A stretch of 64,000 bases of DNA. It comes from Toensbergia leucococca (taxonomy: Eukaryota). The stretch spans positions 62,001 to 126,000 of the forward strand of contig JALDZS010000033.1 of assembly GCA_022813965.1 (NCBI GenBank), written 5' to 3'. The notes below the pieces were generated by a model. That model saw nothing but the letters and a program-made list of their open reading frames with translations. It did no database searches and was not told the DNA's origin. The translations under genes and the position numbers were made by a program. This document shows, one piece after another, positions 25,632 to 37,767 of this stretch (positions are counted from its first letter, which is position 1; the number at the start of each line of letters is the position of its first letter).

Positions 25632-26054
25632 ATGACATTTGTAATGTCTGACACGAGGGATCTCTTTGATGTAATCCCATCAGACGTCCTCTTAGCCATT
25701 GTGGCCATCGCGGATATGTGCTTGAACTTGAATGATGGGCAAATCATCAGCCTCCTCAACGACGAGTTTCCTTGGGCAAATTTCGATCAGAGTTCCTATG
25801 AGCAAATCAGATATTGGATGGATAATCAGCGTTCGCGATGGGTGGGCGAACTAATCGCTATCGGGCCACAAGATCCATTAGTGCAAGCGTTCTTAGACCT
25901 GTTCGATCGATCAGCCTTTGCAGACGTCTGCTGGACGGATTACGCACCGACCGAGGGCTTGGGGCCGGGGGAACTTTTAGACTATCTAGCAAGGATGGCG
26001 GAGCGTGACGATTGGGCGGAGCGTGAAAATTGGGCGGAGTGTAACGAGTGGTAG
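25632..26054 (+). CDS. Orphan hypothetical protein (about 140 aa, acidic)
   Basis: Intronless ORF from ATG 25632 with a TATATAAAA box at about 25505 and a pyrimidine/CA-rich leader. The composition is protein-like but I recognise no family. Confidence 0.45.
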   Translation: MTFVMSDTRDLFDVIPSDVLLAIVAIADMCLNLNDGQIISLLNDEFPWANFDQSSYEQIRYWMDNQRSRWVGELIAIGPQDPLVQAFLDLFDRSAFADVCWTDYAPTEGLGPGELLDYLARMAERDDWAERENWAECNEW

Positions 26055-26902
26055 ACAACCTCAAGAAATGGAACCAGGTGTTGAGGAGCGAGAGGTAAAG
26101 GAAGGATGGTGTGAGAGCATCTTGCTCAGCTTGCGTTTATGCGATTCAGGGCTACTGGGTAGTAGTTTTTTGAGTGCTTTCAATGGCGTGCGGAAAGAAT
26201 GAAGATGGATATCAGAATGACCATCTTGATCTCCTCGTATGGATATCTTATCCATATCGATCTCCAAAGTTTCTGTTGCCAGATTCACTTTTCTGCTGTT
26301 ATTGTACTCGCGCACAAACTGTTACTTCTTTCTCGAGTCCCCTGTTGTAAGAGCATCATTTGAAAAAATTACAGCATTACTCCCCGTCACTTTCAACCAT
26401 CCACATCGTTCATCTTCCGCGAAAAGAAGTCTGAAAGAACCAATAACCTTGACAACTTTTCGACACCTCTTCATCACAAACCGTGTAGGAGTTTGCATCA
26501 CAGTCAACAAACAATGCCTACCCATCAACAAGCTCTATTCAACCGAAAATAAAGCTCCAGGCTAATCCAAGGAAAGTCAAATCTGCTGAACTCCCGCCTG
26601 GGCTGGCGAGTCTGTAAGGCTGGAGGGAATGCCTCTGAAGCTCAGTTCGTGCGGATATAACGAGCGGGGCTGCAGCCTCGACCCAGGCTTCCGTCACTTA
26701 TGCAGCATATCCACCAATGACCATCAAGCCCAACTGCGCGTTTCGACCCACCCAGCCAACGTCGTGAGAAAGAGATGATGGAGAAGGACAAATCGCCTCT
26801 TTCCCCGAAGAAAAACCAATGCAAAACAACCATCCCCAGACAAACCCAATTTCTCGAAACTAAAACCAAAACCCTGTTCAAACCTCACAGCCCCCATAAA
26901 CA

Positions 26903-27899
26903 ATGGCCTCCCTCAAAGCCACCGGCGTCAACTTCGTCTCCACCCTTCACACGGACATCTACCCCGCCATCGACCCCACCAAAACCAACCTCTCCCAACC
27001 CCAAAAAATAGTCCTCATCACTGGCTCCGGCCGCGGCATCGGCCGGTCCATTGCCCTCCGCTACGCAGAATGCGGCGTCGCATGCATAATCCTTTGCTCG
27101 CGAACCATGTCCGAAATGGACGAGGTGGAGGGCACGATCAAGAAAATTGACGAGGGGGTCCGGGTGCGAAAGTTTGAATGTGACGTCACGGACGAGATGG
27201 CGGTAGGGCATGTCGCGGAGGCCGTACGGGCGCAGGAAGGCCGGCTGGATGTGCTGGTCAATAACGCAGGAACGGGCGATCCGTGGGTGCCGATTGCCGA
27301 CGGGGTGGCGGACGAGTGGTGGCGCACGTGGACTGTGAATATCCGGGGCGTGCATCTGATGTTGCGGGCGTTGCTGCCCTTGCTGGTGCAGACTGCGGCG
27401 GAAAAGAAGGAGGGCGGGGTTGTGGACGTGCTTAATATCTCTTCTGTCGGCGCTCATCACCTCGTGCCGGGCGCGTCGGCGTATCAGACTTCGAAGATGG
27501 CGCTTATACGGTTGACTGAGTTTGTGCAGGTCGAGTATGGGGCAAAGGGCGTGAACTGCATGGCGGTGCATCCGGGGTCCGTACTTACGGAGTTGTCGAG
27601 GCATGGGCCGCCGGGGTTATTGGAAGGTATGTGATTTCGTGGTGTGGCCTTTTTCTCCCCCTTTCTTTTTTCCAAGGGGGGGGGAGGCAGAGGTGGGGCT
27701 TTTTTGCTGACTTCTTGGTGGGGTAGTGTTGACTGATAGCGTGGAGCTGTGCAGTGGGTTTGCGGTGTGGCTTACCAAGGGCCCGAGGACGTGGTTGGGG
27801 GGACGGTATGTGAGCTCGAATTGGGATGTCGATGAGTTTGAGACGAAGAGGGAGGAGGTTGTTAGCGGGGATAAGTTGAAGGTGAGGATGGTCGTGTAG
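26903..27899 (+). CDS. Short-chain dehydrogenase/reductase
   Basis: TGSGRGIG Rossmann motif, DVLVNNAG, NISS, YQTSK (YxxxK) and VHPG. Intron 27627-27726, then WLGGRYVSSNWDV..*. Confidence 0.92.
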
Positions 27900-28024
27900 A
27901 GAGGATTGGTTTTTGTGAGGAGTGTGTGACTGTTGTAGAGATGTATGCTTTTTTTTTCAAACTTGTAACTTGAACCCCTGGGTCTTCCAACTCCCCTGAC
28001 AAACCTCCGCCGAGATAGGTATAT

Positions 28025-28210
28025 AGGCTACCAACACACTGACATCCCTATCTGAAGAAAGATCTATTTCTTTATATGTTTTTCGTGCGCATGGGAGTCA
28101 TTTTATGTTTGTTTTAAAAAACAAAAAAACATACCTACCCCCTTTCACAAAGAACCATGCTAATTCACAAAACAGACCATACCTATCCTCTTCCAGACAT
28201 CAGTGTCATC
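28025..28210. mobile_element. Degenerate relic of the same MITE family as 32633-32904
   Basis: AGGCTACCAACACACTGACATC-CCTATCTGAAGAAA at 28025 matches AGGCTACCGATACACTGACATC...CCTATCTGAAGAAA at 32647-32699. There is a weak opposite end near 28190-28207. Confidence 0.45.
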
Positions 28211-29110
28211 CCTATCCAAAAAAAGAAAAAAAGGGGGGCGTGTATCAACCCCCCCACCCCCCTTCCCCCCCCCAAAAAAAAGACCAATCAGATAATCCAA
28301 TCCACCATAAAAGAAACCAAAACCCATCAAAAAATCTCCAACGTATCCTTCTCCAACGCAACAGGGCTCAGGTCTCGAAAACGAACAATAGATTTTCCTC
28401 TTTCTTCCAGAAAACAGGGGACGATATACTTTTCTTTCTCGAACCTCGCTCACATCTCCATTAATCCCCCCCCTACCCAGAAAATGCAAAAAATGCAAAA
28501 AAAAAATGCATAAAAAAATGCATAGATTTAGCTCAAAATACAGGCCCCAACTCTCTCTCACACCCCCCCTAATCCCCCAAGAAAGAGAAAATCCCTCCGA
28601 CCTTCAACCCCCCTTTCCCCCCCCAACTAACTCACCGCCCCCGTCCAAAAAAAAAACTGCAAAAAAGCCCAATCTGCAGCTCCTCAGCCCATCTTTGTCC
28701 TCGGGCTGGTGTGCCAACCGTATTAGAGACCCCGCATACAGCCCCCCCGCACACAACGGCGACATGGATTTTCGGTTTGTGTTGGAGTCGGTTGGGGGCG
28801 TGGGTCAGGGTGGGTAAATAGATCTGTGGGTATGGTCAGGGGTTTGGCGAGAGGGGGTGTGGTGTGGTGTTTTTTTAGATGCCACTTTTGTATATTTTTT
28901 TGGAGTTTTTTTGGGTGGCGGGAGGAATGGTGGAGGAGTTGGTTGAAAGGGGTCAGAGAGGTGGTGATGGTTGTGCTCTTGGTTGCCTTGGAGGGGTGGG
29001 AGGGGGTGAGTTGGGTGGTTTGGGGATGAGGGTTTTCTGGGCTGGGGGGGAAGGGGAGAAGAATTGATGGGTGTTTTTTTGGAGTGTGGGGAGGGTTGGG
29101 GGCATTGAGG
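28210..29110. repeat. Low-complexity homopolymer-rich intergenic tract (A/C-rich then G/T-rich)
   Basis: Runs of A, C, G and T between the converging 3' ends of the SDR and GH81 genes. The ORFs here are compositional artefacts. Confidence 0.7.
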
Positions 29111-29494
29111 GCAAAGAGTCAGTTTGGTGGTGTGAGGGAGAGTATTGTAGGGGTTGCACTATGACGCTTTCGCCTCTTCTGAATGTTTGTGCATCCATAG
29201 TGGATAGTGAGATGTTAAGAAGGACCATTGCTGAGTTACTCACATTTGAGCTGCTTTCTAGGTGTAATTGGAAACTGAGATGATGTAAGAAGACAGCAAA
29301 AACCGGGACGCATCAGTGAAGGAGAGAGGGGGGTAAGGGGGGAAAAGGTAGCTTTTTGCCGGGAGATGGGCGTAGATATCCGATAGCCAGAGGTGGGAAA
29401 GTAATCCCCAACCAAGTAGCAAATACAATTTGATAGCAGACAGTTCGTCCAGCCATACTACATTACCATACTCCAATCCCCAGCGACTTCACCA

Positions 29495-31906
29495 TCACGC
29501 TCCACCCAAAGCTAACACCTTCGTCAGCACAGTCCCAGTTTCAACATTAAAAAAATCATCTAATCAAACTCACCAGCGGCGTAAGCAAGATACCACGTTC
29601 TCGTCGCTCCCCCATCAATCCACCCGGCATCAAAATTCTCCTGCGCAAAAAATTCAAACGATGCTTTCGGGTCGATTATCGCCAGGTTCGCGTACAAGAG
29701 GCCTTTCCAGCCGCCGGCTACATTCTTGGCTGGACAGGCGCTGTGGTCGCTGAAGTAGGCGGTCCATTCTTCGGAGACGAAGCGTTTGGTGCGGGTTAGG
29801 GCTGTGCTGGGGTTGAGGGGGATCATGTGAATGCTGGAAAGGTTTTAGTCTAGGCTGGAGTGCAGGTTTGGGGGGGTTGGGGAAGAAGGGGATTTTACCC
29901 TTGGATGTATTCGATGTTGTTGCCAAAGTAGGTTGTGTGGTCTATCTTGTTCTCGAAGAGCTGCGTGTACGTGAGTCAGTAGGTTTCCGGAGACATGACT
30001 TAGCTTTGCAAGAAGCACTCACAATTCCTGTAACCCTGTTTGCGATGAAGTTCTGTGGCTGATTGGGGTTGTCGCTTTGCATCAAGAAGTAATTCTGTAT
30101 ACTCCTTGTTACAATCGACAACATCAGATTACCCCGTGCCTCCATAGACGCATCTCCAGTGACATGGCCCCACACCTTCATGGCGTATGCAAAAAAGGCA
30201 TCTTCTGATGAGGATTCCTCGTCCTTGGAGTCGCCTGTTTCGTAAATGCCTTTCGCCCAGGAATGCCCATGATACCAATCAAAGGACCTCGAGAAGGGGA
30301 AGTAGTTATCTTGTGTACTCGGATTTGCAGCATCCCTTACCAACATGTTCACCCAGTCTTTATTGCTTTGTGATAACCAGCTTGCATCGAGGTAACCGAT
30401 GACTGCAGCTGCGTGAATAAAGTAACCGTAATGAAAATGATGGTCGTTGTAGAAAGTGTTGCCAAAGTCTAGCCCAACATTACCCGTCTCATACGTGCCT
30501 GATGATAGAACACCTTTCCAGGCAGTGTCATAGACCAGTGGCCAAATCTGCTTGTTCTCTACAAATCTAGTAAAGGCTTCCTTGAGATTTTTCAGCCCTT
30601 GGGCGGCTAGATCCGGCTGCCTAGCCAATTCATGTACGGTATATATCAATGTTGCGAACTTGCTGAGAGCCTTTCCACTGAAATACATGCTATCGAGATT
30701 ACTCTGAGCGTGAACGTCCTGGTGGATCTCACTGGAGGCAACCCTATTGATAGCTTCTATCGCTGTTTTGGACAGTCTGTTTACGCTTCTCGTTGATGGT
30801 GTCCAGGGCGAAAAACCCATATCTGTTGCTAAATTCTTCTCCACCATAGTCCAACTGTCAGCGACTACCACCGTGGCCAGTCCTTTCGTGGTCGTCTGTA
30901 GCCGAAGAGGTCTGACATTAGAGACAGTTGCACGATCGAATGATGATGCATGGTGTGGTAACGCAAACATGACCAATGGTGGGGAATGGCCCGTCACGAT
31001 CGCGGATTTGGTCCATTGAATTTTGTATGTCCCAGTCGTCCCATTTACAGAGCCAGTGACAGTGGCTGCCGTAGCATACACGCCTGCAGACTTATCGTAG
31101 AGTGACTCTCCAGCATTCCCAGCCGTGTTTTTAGCTATTTGTATCGTCCCAGACCATCTGGTAGGTCCTCGTATCAAGGTGTTTGATACAAGCTGAAGTT
31201 GAGGATGGTTTCCATTACTTGACATAGCATACAAAAGCCAGCTTTTGTTATCTTCCAAAGATATGCGATACTTGAAAACGCCCTCATGCGGAGAACCTAC
31301 CATCACAACACTTCGGAAGAATACGCTGCTGTGGATAGCGGGCTGAAGGTCGTTGTAGATTCCTGTGACGAATCCCATGCCTTGAACAAGTGGAAACGAG
31401 ATTCTAGACGACGATCCTGCCCTGGTTGAGAGATTTGCGTTGACAGAAAATGCTTGCAAAGCATCCGTAGTCAGCAAAGTGGAAGCTCCTAGTTCGGTTG
31501 CAGAAAGAATAAGAGACTGGATTCCGATGGGATTGATAAAGTACTGAACAGGTTTCTCATGTAGAGCTTCGTTTGGTGGGCCATATGCTCTTTGGTCCGC
31601 ATCAATATGTGATATACTCATGCCCCAACTCTGAGCGTTACCACTTCCTTTGGCCCATGTCACAGAGTATGGATGCGTCCATACTCCTTGCCCCTGAGAA
31701 CCAAGATAGAAATTAGAGTAAAATTTGTTAGTCGAGATTGGACTACTTTGAGGAGCCTAAGAATTTAGTGAGTAAGTAATCTTGATCAGATAGGGGGAGC
31801 TGTCACTGACTATGCCTAATCGTGGAACGGGATGATCGCCGCGTGATTTCACTTGTTTTGGAGGAGCACCCGTGGCAACAGGATGAAAAATGTCAGTGTC
31901 ACCCAT
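29495..31906 (-). CDS. Endo-1,3(4)-beta-glucanase, glycoside hydrolase family 81; 5' end uncertain
   Basis: DIFHPVATGAPP..DHPVPRLGI, TNKFYSNFYLG, FPLVQGMGFVT, YNDHHFHYGYF, FDWYHGHSWAKG, DEESSSED and GIHMIP..DGGATRTWYLAYAAALGGA*. Several introns (for example 29961-30022). The first in-frame ATG is at 31906, but the frame is open back to an acceptor at about 32102. Confidence 0.9.
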
Positions 31907-32632
31907 AATTTTTGATGGTGAGCTGTAAGCCCGAAAATTCAAACTCGAGCTATTGTGTCCTAAAATATCATTTCTTGATTTCTGTACTTGAGGACGGTCG
32001 GTAGTTGTGGGAAGTGACAGAGACGCAAAGGAGGGCTGAAACGAGGTAGGTGAAGGTAAAGCAAATGATTTTCCAACGGATTCTAATCTGAGAATTGATA
32101 TCTAGTAATGAAGGAGTCAGCTGGAAAGTTGAGAGTCGTGTATCGATTGATCTATCGACATAAAGCTACGAATATTGAGATGGAGACAAGGAGCTGAAAA
32201 CACTCTTAGATTTTGTTCATTGATGCATATTTTTTAGCAAGTGTTCTTGCATTGAAGAAATATACTACTGACCACGGTTGTGCTAGCTTGACTGGCTGAA
32301 ATGATATTTACTGCCTGCACTTTCGTAAAGGTCAGATTTGCTGACAGCACTTCATGAAAGGGAGCTGTGGCTATCAAAATAAATGGGCGAGCTTCTGGCA
32401 CTAGTAGGTTCCGAAAGTCCTACAAAGGTATCAGTATCGGCCGAAATTGCACAATTTGAGAGCTCTGCAGATATTGTATGTATGGATAGGAGCCGAAGAT
32501 TGTGTAACATATTTCTTGAATGCTATTTTTCCTTCAGAAAACCCAGATCTGAGGGCAAATCTGAAATTTCAAATGACTTGTAAAGACAAGAGGCAAGAGA
32601 TACACACATGCTCGAGAACTCATCGACCTAAG

Positions 32633-32904
32633 ACCCTCTATTTCAAAGGCTACCGATACACTGACATCTCTGATACATTGGCACTCCTATCTGAAGAAAA
32701 CATGTTTCATTCCAAAGACACATGCTTCTTCAATAAACAAATGTGTGTCTTTGAGCATGAAACCATGTTTGATGTTTGAAAAACATACTCCTTCCGAATA
32801 GAGCATGTCGTTTATAGAATGAAACATATTTTCTTCAGACAGGTGTCAATTTATCAAAAAGAGCTGTCTGTGAATTGGTAGCTATCTTAAATTAAATTGA
32901 GGGT
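32633..32904. mobile_element. MITE (about 270 bp) with about 85-bp imperfect terminal inverted repeats
   Basis: Ends are ACCCTC..GAGGGT. TCTGAAGAAAACATGTTTCATTC (32690-32712) matches the reverse complement of 32817-32839 at 22/23. A TA on the right flank is compatible with a Tc1/mariner-type target site. Confidence 0.7.
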
Positions 32905-33845
32905 AGAGTAAGGTGCAATTGTGAGCGAGAAAAGAGAAGCATTTGTGGACAAAGTCACGTCTCCTAGTCTGACAGCATCGACGTCGACATCAAGGACGCT
33001 GGTCATGAAGTCAACATTCTCATCGGCAGCACAGGCACAATGAGATGAAGGCTAGGGTCTCACATGAACAAAGGAGTACACATACATGGAAAGCGGCAGA
33101 GATCGGACATATGGTAAGCAAGATGATTGCGAGATGGAGGCTGAAGAAGCAGTAGATCATAACAGAGAATTCTTTACAGTTAGTGGATGCTAAGATATTC
33201 GAAAGGTCTCTTGGACGAGCTATTGGCCCTTCCACACTGATGCTCAAATGAGGGTGTTGTATCCGTATAATCTTTCCAGAATCATGCAACAGGGAGTAGG
33301 CACTTTAAATGCCGCAGTATGTGTACTGGTAGTCGTAGAAAGTCAGTCGAGAAACTTCGGTATTCTACTCGTACTTGATAGTTGATGCCAAGATGCTGCG
33401 CCCCTTTGCCAAGACGTGATGCGCCATCAGCTCCCAACCACCATCCGCGAAAGACGAGGTAGCCTGCGTTGCTTCACAGAATCATGGCCCACATGACCTC
33501 ATGGACCTCGCTCCATAATTTATCTTCTAATCGTCCGTCCTCGTAAGCCTTTCCGCTAAGCGCGCTCGACTCCTTAGAATATTATCTCTGACTCCCTCGG
33601 CGGAGTAAATGTAAAGAAATGTGTAAGTAATTCAACCTTTGTTCTACGCTCAATGGATAAAGTCCGCATCTTCCGCAAAGCTACTAGGTCGTCTTGACCG
33701 AAACTCTCCTCCATCACCGACCATAAGTGCATGCACGCTGACCCAATCCTTTTTTCGTTACACAGCTTCTCCAGGCTTGAGATCCAAATTCCATCGCACC
33801 GCTTCGGGTAAACACCTTCTACAGATTCGTTCCACCAGCACAAGT

Positions 33846-35330
33846 ATGCCCCAGGGAAATGGGAATGGGCAGGTTGACGCTACAGAGAGCACCCCTTTAC
33901 TTGGCCACTTATTTAAAAACAAGGATGGCAAGCCGCTTCACGAAGATGAGAGGGTATGGGTTCGATGGCCGATGAAAACTTCGTACATCACTTACAAGAC
34001 CCTTGTGAGCAACTACGTTAATGTTATGCTCGTATTCGTACCGCTGGGCATTATCGCTGGAGCCATGGGATGGAGTCCAACAGCCGTCTTTGTACTCAAC
34101 TTCCTCGCCATCATCCCCCTAGCCTCATTATTGAGTTTCGCGACAGAAGAGCTGTCAGTGAAGCTAGGACAGACACTAGGAGGACTTTTGAATGCAACTT
34201 TCGGCAATGCTGTGGAATTGATCGTAAGTCATGAAGTATTAAGCGAGGGAAGCAAAGCACTCATTGTGAACACAGGTCAGTATAGTAGCTTTGAAGAATG
34301 GAGAGATAAGAATCGTCCAATCTAGCATGCTAGGATCCATTCTTTCGAATATTTTGTTGGTACTAGGCTGCTGCTTCCTCGCTGGTGGCATTAGATATCA
34401 CGAGCAAACGTTCAATGAGACTGTCGCATCGACAATGTCCTCGCTAATGGCCGTTGCCTCTGCATCTCTGATCATTCCAGCTACACTCTATGCCGTACTG
34501 TCAAAGGCGGACCCGGAGAGTAAGGACAAGAAAGACAAAATAGACAAAATCTTGGTTCTGTCCCATGGGACTGCAATCATCCTACTTCTTCTCTACGTTC
34601 TTTATCTATTTTTTCAACTCAAAAGTCATGCCGACTTTTTCGACGAAGAAACTGCTGGAGGTGATTCGGAGAACAGTGAAGACAACCATAACAAGACAGA
34701 GGAAGCACAGATACTGAGCCCTTGGGCTGCTGGTGTTGCTCTAATTGTTATCACGGTTGCGGTTGCCGTTTGCGCTGAATATTTGGTTGATAGCATCGAC
34801 GCCATTGTACAAACTGCACACATCAGCAAAACTTTCATTGGATTAATTCTTTTACCGATTGTCGGAAATGCTGCAGAACATGTGACGGGGGTTGTAGTGG
34901 CCTGGAAGAACAAAATGGATCTAGCTATCGGGGTTGCTATTGGCTCTAGTATGCAGATCGCTTTGCTGGTGACTCCCTTCTTGGTCATTCTTGGATGGAT
35001 AATCGGCCAGCCAATGACGCTGCATTTCGAGACTTTCGAGACCGTGGTATTTTTTCTAAGTGTTTTGGTCGTCAACTACCTGGTAACGCTCAATTTATCT
35101 TCTAGATGCTTCTTTAGGATACTAATTCTTCACAGATTCAAGATGGGAAGTCGAATTACCTCGAAGGTGCTATGTTGCTCGGAACGTGAGCATTTATCGC
35201 TTCATTTTTCCCAATTTCATAACTAATTGCTACCAGGTACATCATCATCGCCTTGGCTTTCTACGTCTATCCAGACAATGCGGATGGTGGTGGAAGCGCC
35301 CTCATCTATTCTACTTTGAAACTAATCTAG
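33846..35330 (+). CDS. VCX1: Vacuolar Ca2+/H+ exchanger (CAX family)
   Basis: LNATFGNAVELI, GSILSNILLVLG, PIVGNAAEH, MDLAIGVAIGSS and QDGKSNYLEG. Introns 34224-34275, 35083-35135 and 35186-35236. Additional small upstream exons are possible. Confidence 0.92.
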
Positions 35331-35834
35331 CTAGACCTATGGCCATCTTGCGAGCTTGAGCCTTTAGGGCAGACTTGTACTTTTTTATTCCCTTTTTGTA
35401 AAGGGGTATATTGGTTAGGTCCAAGGCGTGGCGTTTGATACCGTCCAATCAGCTTCGAGACTGGGTTTTGAGATAGCTCTGACATTGGAAATGGTTGTGG
35501 TGATAAGGTAGTCAGTAGTCGCAATCGAAAGGATACCTAGCCTGTAAATGATGTTGTCGAAAAGGAGACGTTGTCAAAGCATCCCGTCCTCGCCGCAGCC
35601 CCACAGGTACTTAGTGTTTCATCAAAGCCCTAAAGTAATGCAGGGTCCGAGGGTCTTCGACAGTTGCCAAGCCGCTAGATATAATGTCGTCACAACTTTT
35701 GCAGCTCAGATCCTATTCATCCAACATGTAACTTGAGCTTTCATATCCGGTTTATATAGATAGGAGCTGCTTTTTGCAACTCCCCTCTATTTTCTATCTC
35801 CATTTTATACTCTGCCATTTCAACCTCTTAAAAA

Positions 35835-36898
35835 ATGCCTTTCCTTGCGCCTCTACTTCACCCTAGCAATCCCTTCCTTCGCACTCTTCTCCCCTCCCTT
35901 ACTTTGGCCTATGGACTCCAATCTCTTGTAGCCATTCCTTCTATTCTCGCTCAGTCCGAGCGTTTCTATGATCTCTCCGGGTCACTTACGTATCTCTCGT
36001 GCACAGCTCTTAGCCTATATCTTCCGACTATTCGTGCTCGTTCTACTGCTGCAGCTATGGGAGCTGCGAAACCTGCTTGGCCAAGTTTGGCAGCCGCAAT
36101 TATGGGAAGTGGAGGTCCTGGGGGTTTGAATTGGAGACAAGTTGTATTGAGTGCAGCGGTCTCGATTTGGGCAACGAGGTGTAAGTACCTCGATCTCGGC
36201 TAAAATTCAAGAAAGAAACGGCAAGAAGCGTGGTTTGCAAGATAACTTATGCTGATATTGGGATAGTGGGCAGCTTTCTTTTCCAGCGCATTTCCGCCGA
36301 CGGGACTGACTCCCGCTTCGATAACATACGTGACTCCCCCCCCAAGTTCCTTGGAGCCTTCTTCGCTCAAGCAACCTGGGTATCTCTTTGTCTCATGCCA
36401 GTGCTCGCAATTAACTCACTTCCTGCGGCTTCATTTGCTGCTTTGCCTGCGTCGATAGCCATCACGGATGTGATTGGAATCTTATTGTATATTGGAGGAT
36501 TGAGCTTTGAAGTAACGGCCGATAGGCAGAAAAACAAATGGGTACAAGAAAAGAAACAGAAGGTGCATGAAGAGGAATTCTTGACAAGAGGATTGTGGAG
36601 TAAGAGCCGACATCCGAACTACTTTGGGGAGGCCACGCTTTGGACCGGGATTGCGACTATTGCGGGCGGAGTTTTGGTTAGGAATGCGGGCCAATCAGGG
36701 ATGGGACTTGCAGGCGGGTTAGGAGGCAGAGCTTTAGGAACGGTAATGGCTGGGGTCAGCCCCGCTTTTGTTACGTTTTTGCTGTTAAAGGTCAGTGGGA
36801 TCCCATTAAGTGAGGACAAGTATGACAAGAGGTATGGGGACAGAAAGGACTATCAGGAATGGAAGAAAAACACGCCAATGTTTGTACCCAAACTGTAG
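35835..36898 (+). CDS. DUF1295 / steroid 5-alpha-reductase-like membrane protein
   Basis: ERFYDLSGS, WATRLGSFLFQRI..DSRFD, EVTADRQK, GLWSKSRHPNYFGE and VSGIPLSE. Intron 36181-36266. Confidence 0.9.
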
Positions 36899-37767
36899 GA
36901 TTAGAAACAGTCTTAAGGTTTGGAGGACGAAGTCTGGGCTGCAATTGTTCTGGAACAACAAAGAGATTAGCATCTAAGCTACGGAGTAGTCAATATTATG
37001 TTGCATGCCAAGAAATGAATTACAGTATTTGAAGTGTTATTTGTGAACCAAAGTCATGTCTTGGGGATACCATTTGTGGTGCCTGGGCAAGTCAAGCCGA
37101 TGTATCTGTACTACGGGTTAGAATAAGGTTCAGTGGTTCACTCACATCCCCGCTAACTAGTCTCCTAGTCCATCCGTGAGCTTATGTGTACGAGTACTTT
37201 CGATCTCTGTACCCCTTCTTGTCAGCACTTCATCCCATTCTGTTTCAGTCCTCTGTCTTAATCTTTTGATCTTTCATCGCTAAAATTACACTTAATTTTC
37301 ACATCAGATGTCTCTGTTTGCGCCGCGTTTGGGTGCATAGACCAACAGTTGCGGCTGTGCTCTCGTTCAAGTCTAGGATCGTTCCCCACGTTCGTTGACT
37401 AATTAGAACTTCCGGTTCCCTCTTTTCTCTGGCCATCAATGCCGTTGTCAGGTGTGTGCCAACCAAACGAAACCAACATCAGGCTTCTGTGGCAATTGAA
37501 AGGCTAGCAAACACAAACTCTCCAACACAGGCAGACCCAGCGGTCAGAAACCTCCACACATGGGGCTCGAGTGGGGGACGTCATCTGTTTGTGCTTCCGG
37601 TCTCAGCTGCAAGAATTGGGCATATCGGGAAGGATTGACTCGCTCAAGATCATAGCTCTTCTGCCTTTCTGAAAACTCGGGCACAACATCAATGATGGTG
37701 AGTAAAACAAGCCTTTATAAATTGCCAGTACTAAGCAATTTAGTGGCAATCACAAGGCCTGCCAGCC

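Noticed and set aside
26885..27604. Long antisense ORFs (239 aa opposite the SDR; others opposite PAB1, UTP14, VCX1 and the large ORF)
   Set aside because: They are shadows of codon bias on the coding strand with no independent motifs.
27960..28020. Minus-strand GGTTCAAGT resembling a Pol III B-box (tRNA/SINE)
   Set aside because: No cloverleaf, acceptor stem or convincing A-box spacing.
36887..36898. DUF1295 protein ends in PKL (PTS1-like)
   Set aside because: It is a polytopic membrane protein, and the terminal P-K/R-hydrophobic pattern is part of the family's usual ending.
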